This document shows positions 62,501-64,000 of a stretch of DNA of 64,000 nucleotides, piece after piece (within the stretch, counting starts at the first letter, position 1; every line of letters starts with the position of its first letter). Source of the DNA: Dendrobates tinctorius (Eukaryota). The stretch lies in assembly GCF_039654945.1 (NCBI RefSeq), contig NW_027361974.1, forward strand, positions 1,240,001-1,304,000. Reading direction: 5' to 3'. A model generated the notes under the pieces. It worked only from the letters and a program-made list of their open reading frames with translations. It did not search any database and had not been told where the DNA came from. The translations under genes were made by a program, and so were the position numbers.

Positions 62501-63310
62501 AGAAACAAGAGACCCCAGAGACAGGGACCACCAGAAACAAGAGACCCCAGAGACAGTGCCACCAGAAACAAGGCCCTCAGAGACAGGGACCACCAGAAAC
62601 AAGAGACCCCAGAGACAGGGACCACCAGAAACAAGAGACCCCAGAGACAGGGACCACCAGAAACAAGGGACCCCCCAGAAACAAGGACCCCCAGAGACAA
62701 GAACCTCAGAAACAAGGAGCCCCCAGAAACAAGGACCCCCAGAGACAAGGACCTCAGAAACAAGGAGCCCCCAGAAACAAGGACCCCCAGAGACAAGGAC
62801 CTCAGAAACAAAGGACCCCTGAGACAAGGACCCCAGAAACAAGGAACCCCCAGAGACAAGAACCTTAGAAACAAGGAGCCCCCAGAAACAAGGACCCCCA
62901 GAGACAAGAACCTCAGAAACAAGGGACCCAGGAAACAAGGGACTCCGGAGAGAGAGACCACCAGAAACAAGGAACCCCGGGGACAAGGACCACTAGAAAC
63001 AAGGGACCCCAGAGACAAGGACCCCTAGAGACAGGGACCTCAGAAATAAGGAACCCCAGAGACAAGCACCCCGGAAACAGGGATCCCTGAGATAGGGACC
63101 CCCAGAGACAAGAACCCCGGAAACAGGGACCCCCAGAGACAAGGACCCTGGAGAGAGGGACCCCCAGAAACAAGGAACCCCCAGAGACCTGGACCTCAGA
63201 GACAGTGACCTCCAGAGACAAGGACCCCGGGGACTGGAAACCCTCAAGACAGGGACAATACCCACGGAAACAGGACCCCAGAGACAAGATCCCCCGGAGA
63301 CAGGGCCCAA
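59590..63310. repeat. 32-bp T-poor minisatellite (GAGACAGGGACCACCAGAAACAAGAGACCCCA)n upstream of DNAJA2
   Basis: About 95 variant copies up to about 62670, then degenerate half-units of about 16 bp. Confidence 0.97.
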
Positions 63311-63335
63311 GAGACGGAAACTTAGCGATAATAAT

Positions 63336-64000
63336 GTGTCATCCACAGATCCCCCGTAACAGTGCGTCATCCACAGATCCCCATAACAGCGCGTCATCCA
63401 CAGATCCCCCATAAAAGCGCGTCATCCACAGATCCCCCGTAAAAGCGCGTCATCCACAGATCCCCCATAAAAGCGCGTCATCCACAGATCCCCGTAACAG
63501 CGCATCATCCACAGATCCCCCGTAACAGCGCGTCACCCACAGATCCTCCATAACAGCGCGTCATCCACAGATCCCCCATAACAGTGCGTCATCCACAGAT
63601 CCCCATAACAGTGCGTCATCCACAGATCCCCATAACAGTGCGTCATCCACAGATCCCCCATAACAGCGTGTCATCCACAGATCCCACATAACAGCGCGTC
63701 ATCCACAGATACCCCATAACAGTGCCTCACCCACAGATCCCCCATAACAGCGCATCATCCACAGATCCCCCATAACAGTGCATCATCCACAGATCCCCAT
63801 ATCAGTGCGTCATCAAACAGATCTCCCATAACAGTGTGTCATCTAGAGATCCCCCATAACAGTGCGTCATCCGCATATCCCCCATAACAGAGCATCACCC
63901 ACAGCTCCCACATAATGGAGCGTTATCCACAGATCCCCCATCATCCACAGATCCCCTGTAAGTAACAGCGCATCATCCACAGATCCACATAACAGAGCGT
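63336..64000. repeat. Minisatellite of about 28 bp (ATCCACAGATCCCCCATAACAGTGCGTC)n running off the right edge
   Basis: About 23 variant copies. Confidence 0.95.

Noticed and set aside
59363-63028. 1221-, 1090- and 905-aa plus-strand ORFs; one has an ATG overlapping the DNAJA2 ATG (CATG palindrome)
   Set aside because: The 32-bp unit is almost T-free, so all three frames are open and cycle through the same peptides. No domain is recognisable and unit indels do not preserve frame.

Overview
This is vertebrate genomic DNA, very probably from a frog (inferred from a borealin-2 gene and the transposon and satellite types). It has one 150-N assembly gap (20598-20747). Four complete spliced genes can be rebuilt by hand with canonical GT-AG introns and open frames: C16orf87 (-, 4 exons, 154 aa), GPT2/ALT2 (+, 11 coding exons, 507 aa), borealin-2/Dasra-A (cdca9; +, 10 exons, 287 aa) and DNAJA2 (-, 9 exons, 410 aa). 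This is the C16orf87-GPT2-DNAJA2 block of human 16q with an extra borealin paralogue between GPT2 and DNAJA2. About 40% of the window is tandem repeat: 35/36-bp and 81/86-bp satellites plus about 12 locus-specific GC-rich minisatellites. Mobile DNA includes a 4.7-kb TTAA-flanked non-autonomous DNA transposon, a near-intact Tc1 element, several MITE/fold-back elements, a solo LTR and an L2 LINE fragment. Nearly all long ORFs in the six-frame track are repeat artefacts. I cannot support a new protein-coding system. The most unusual signals are minisatellites that appear to have amplified functional cis-elements (about 40 decoy 3' splice sites in the last GPT2 intron, and a 5-copy promoter-like module between C16orf87 and GPT2) and an oocyte-type regulatory layout around cdca9.
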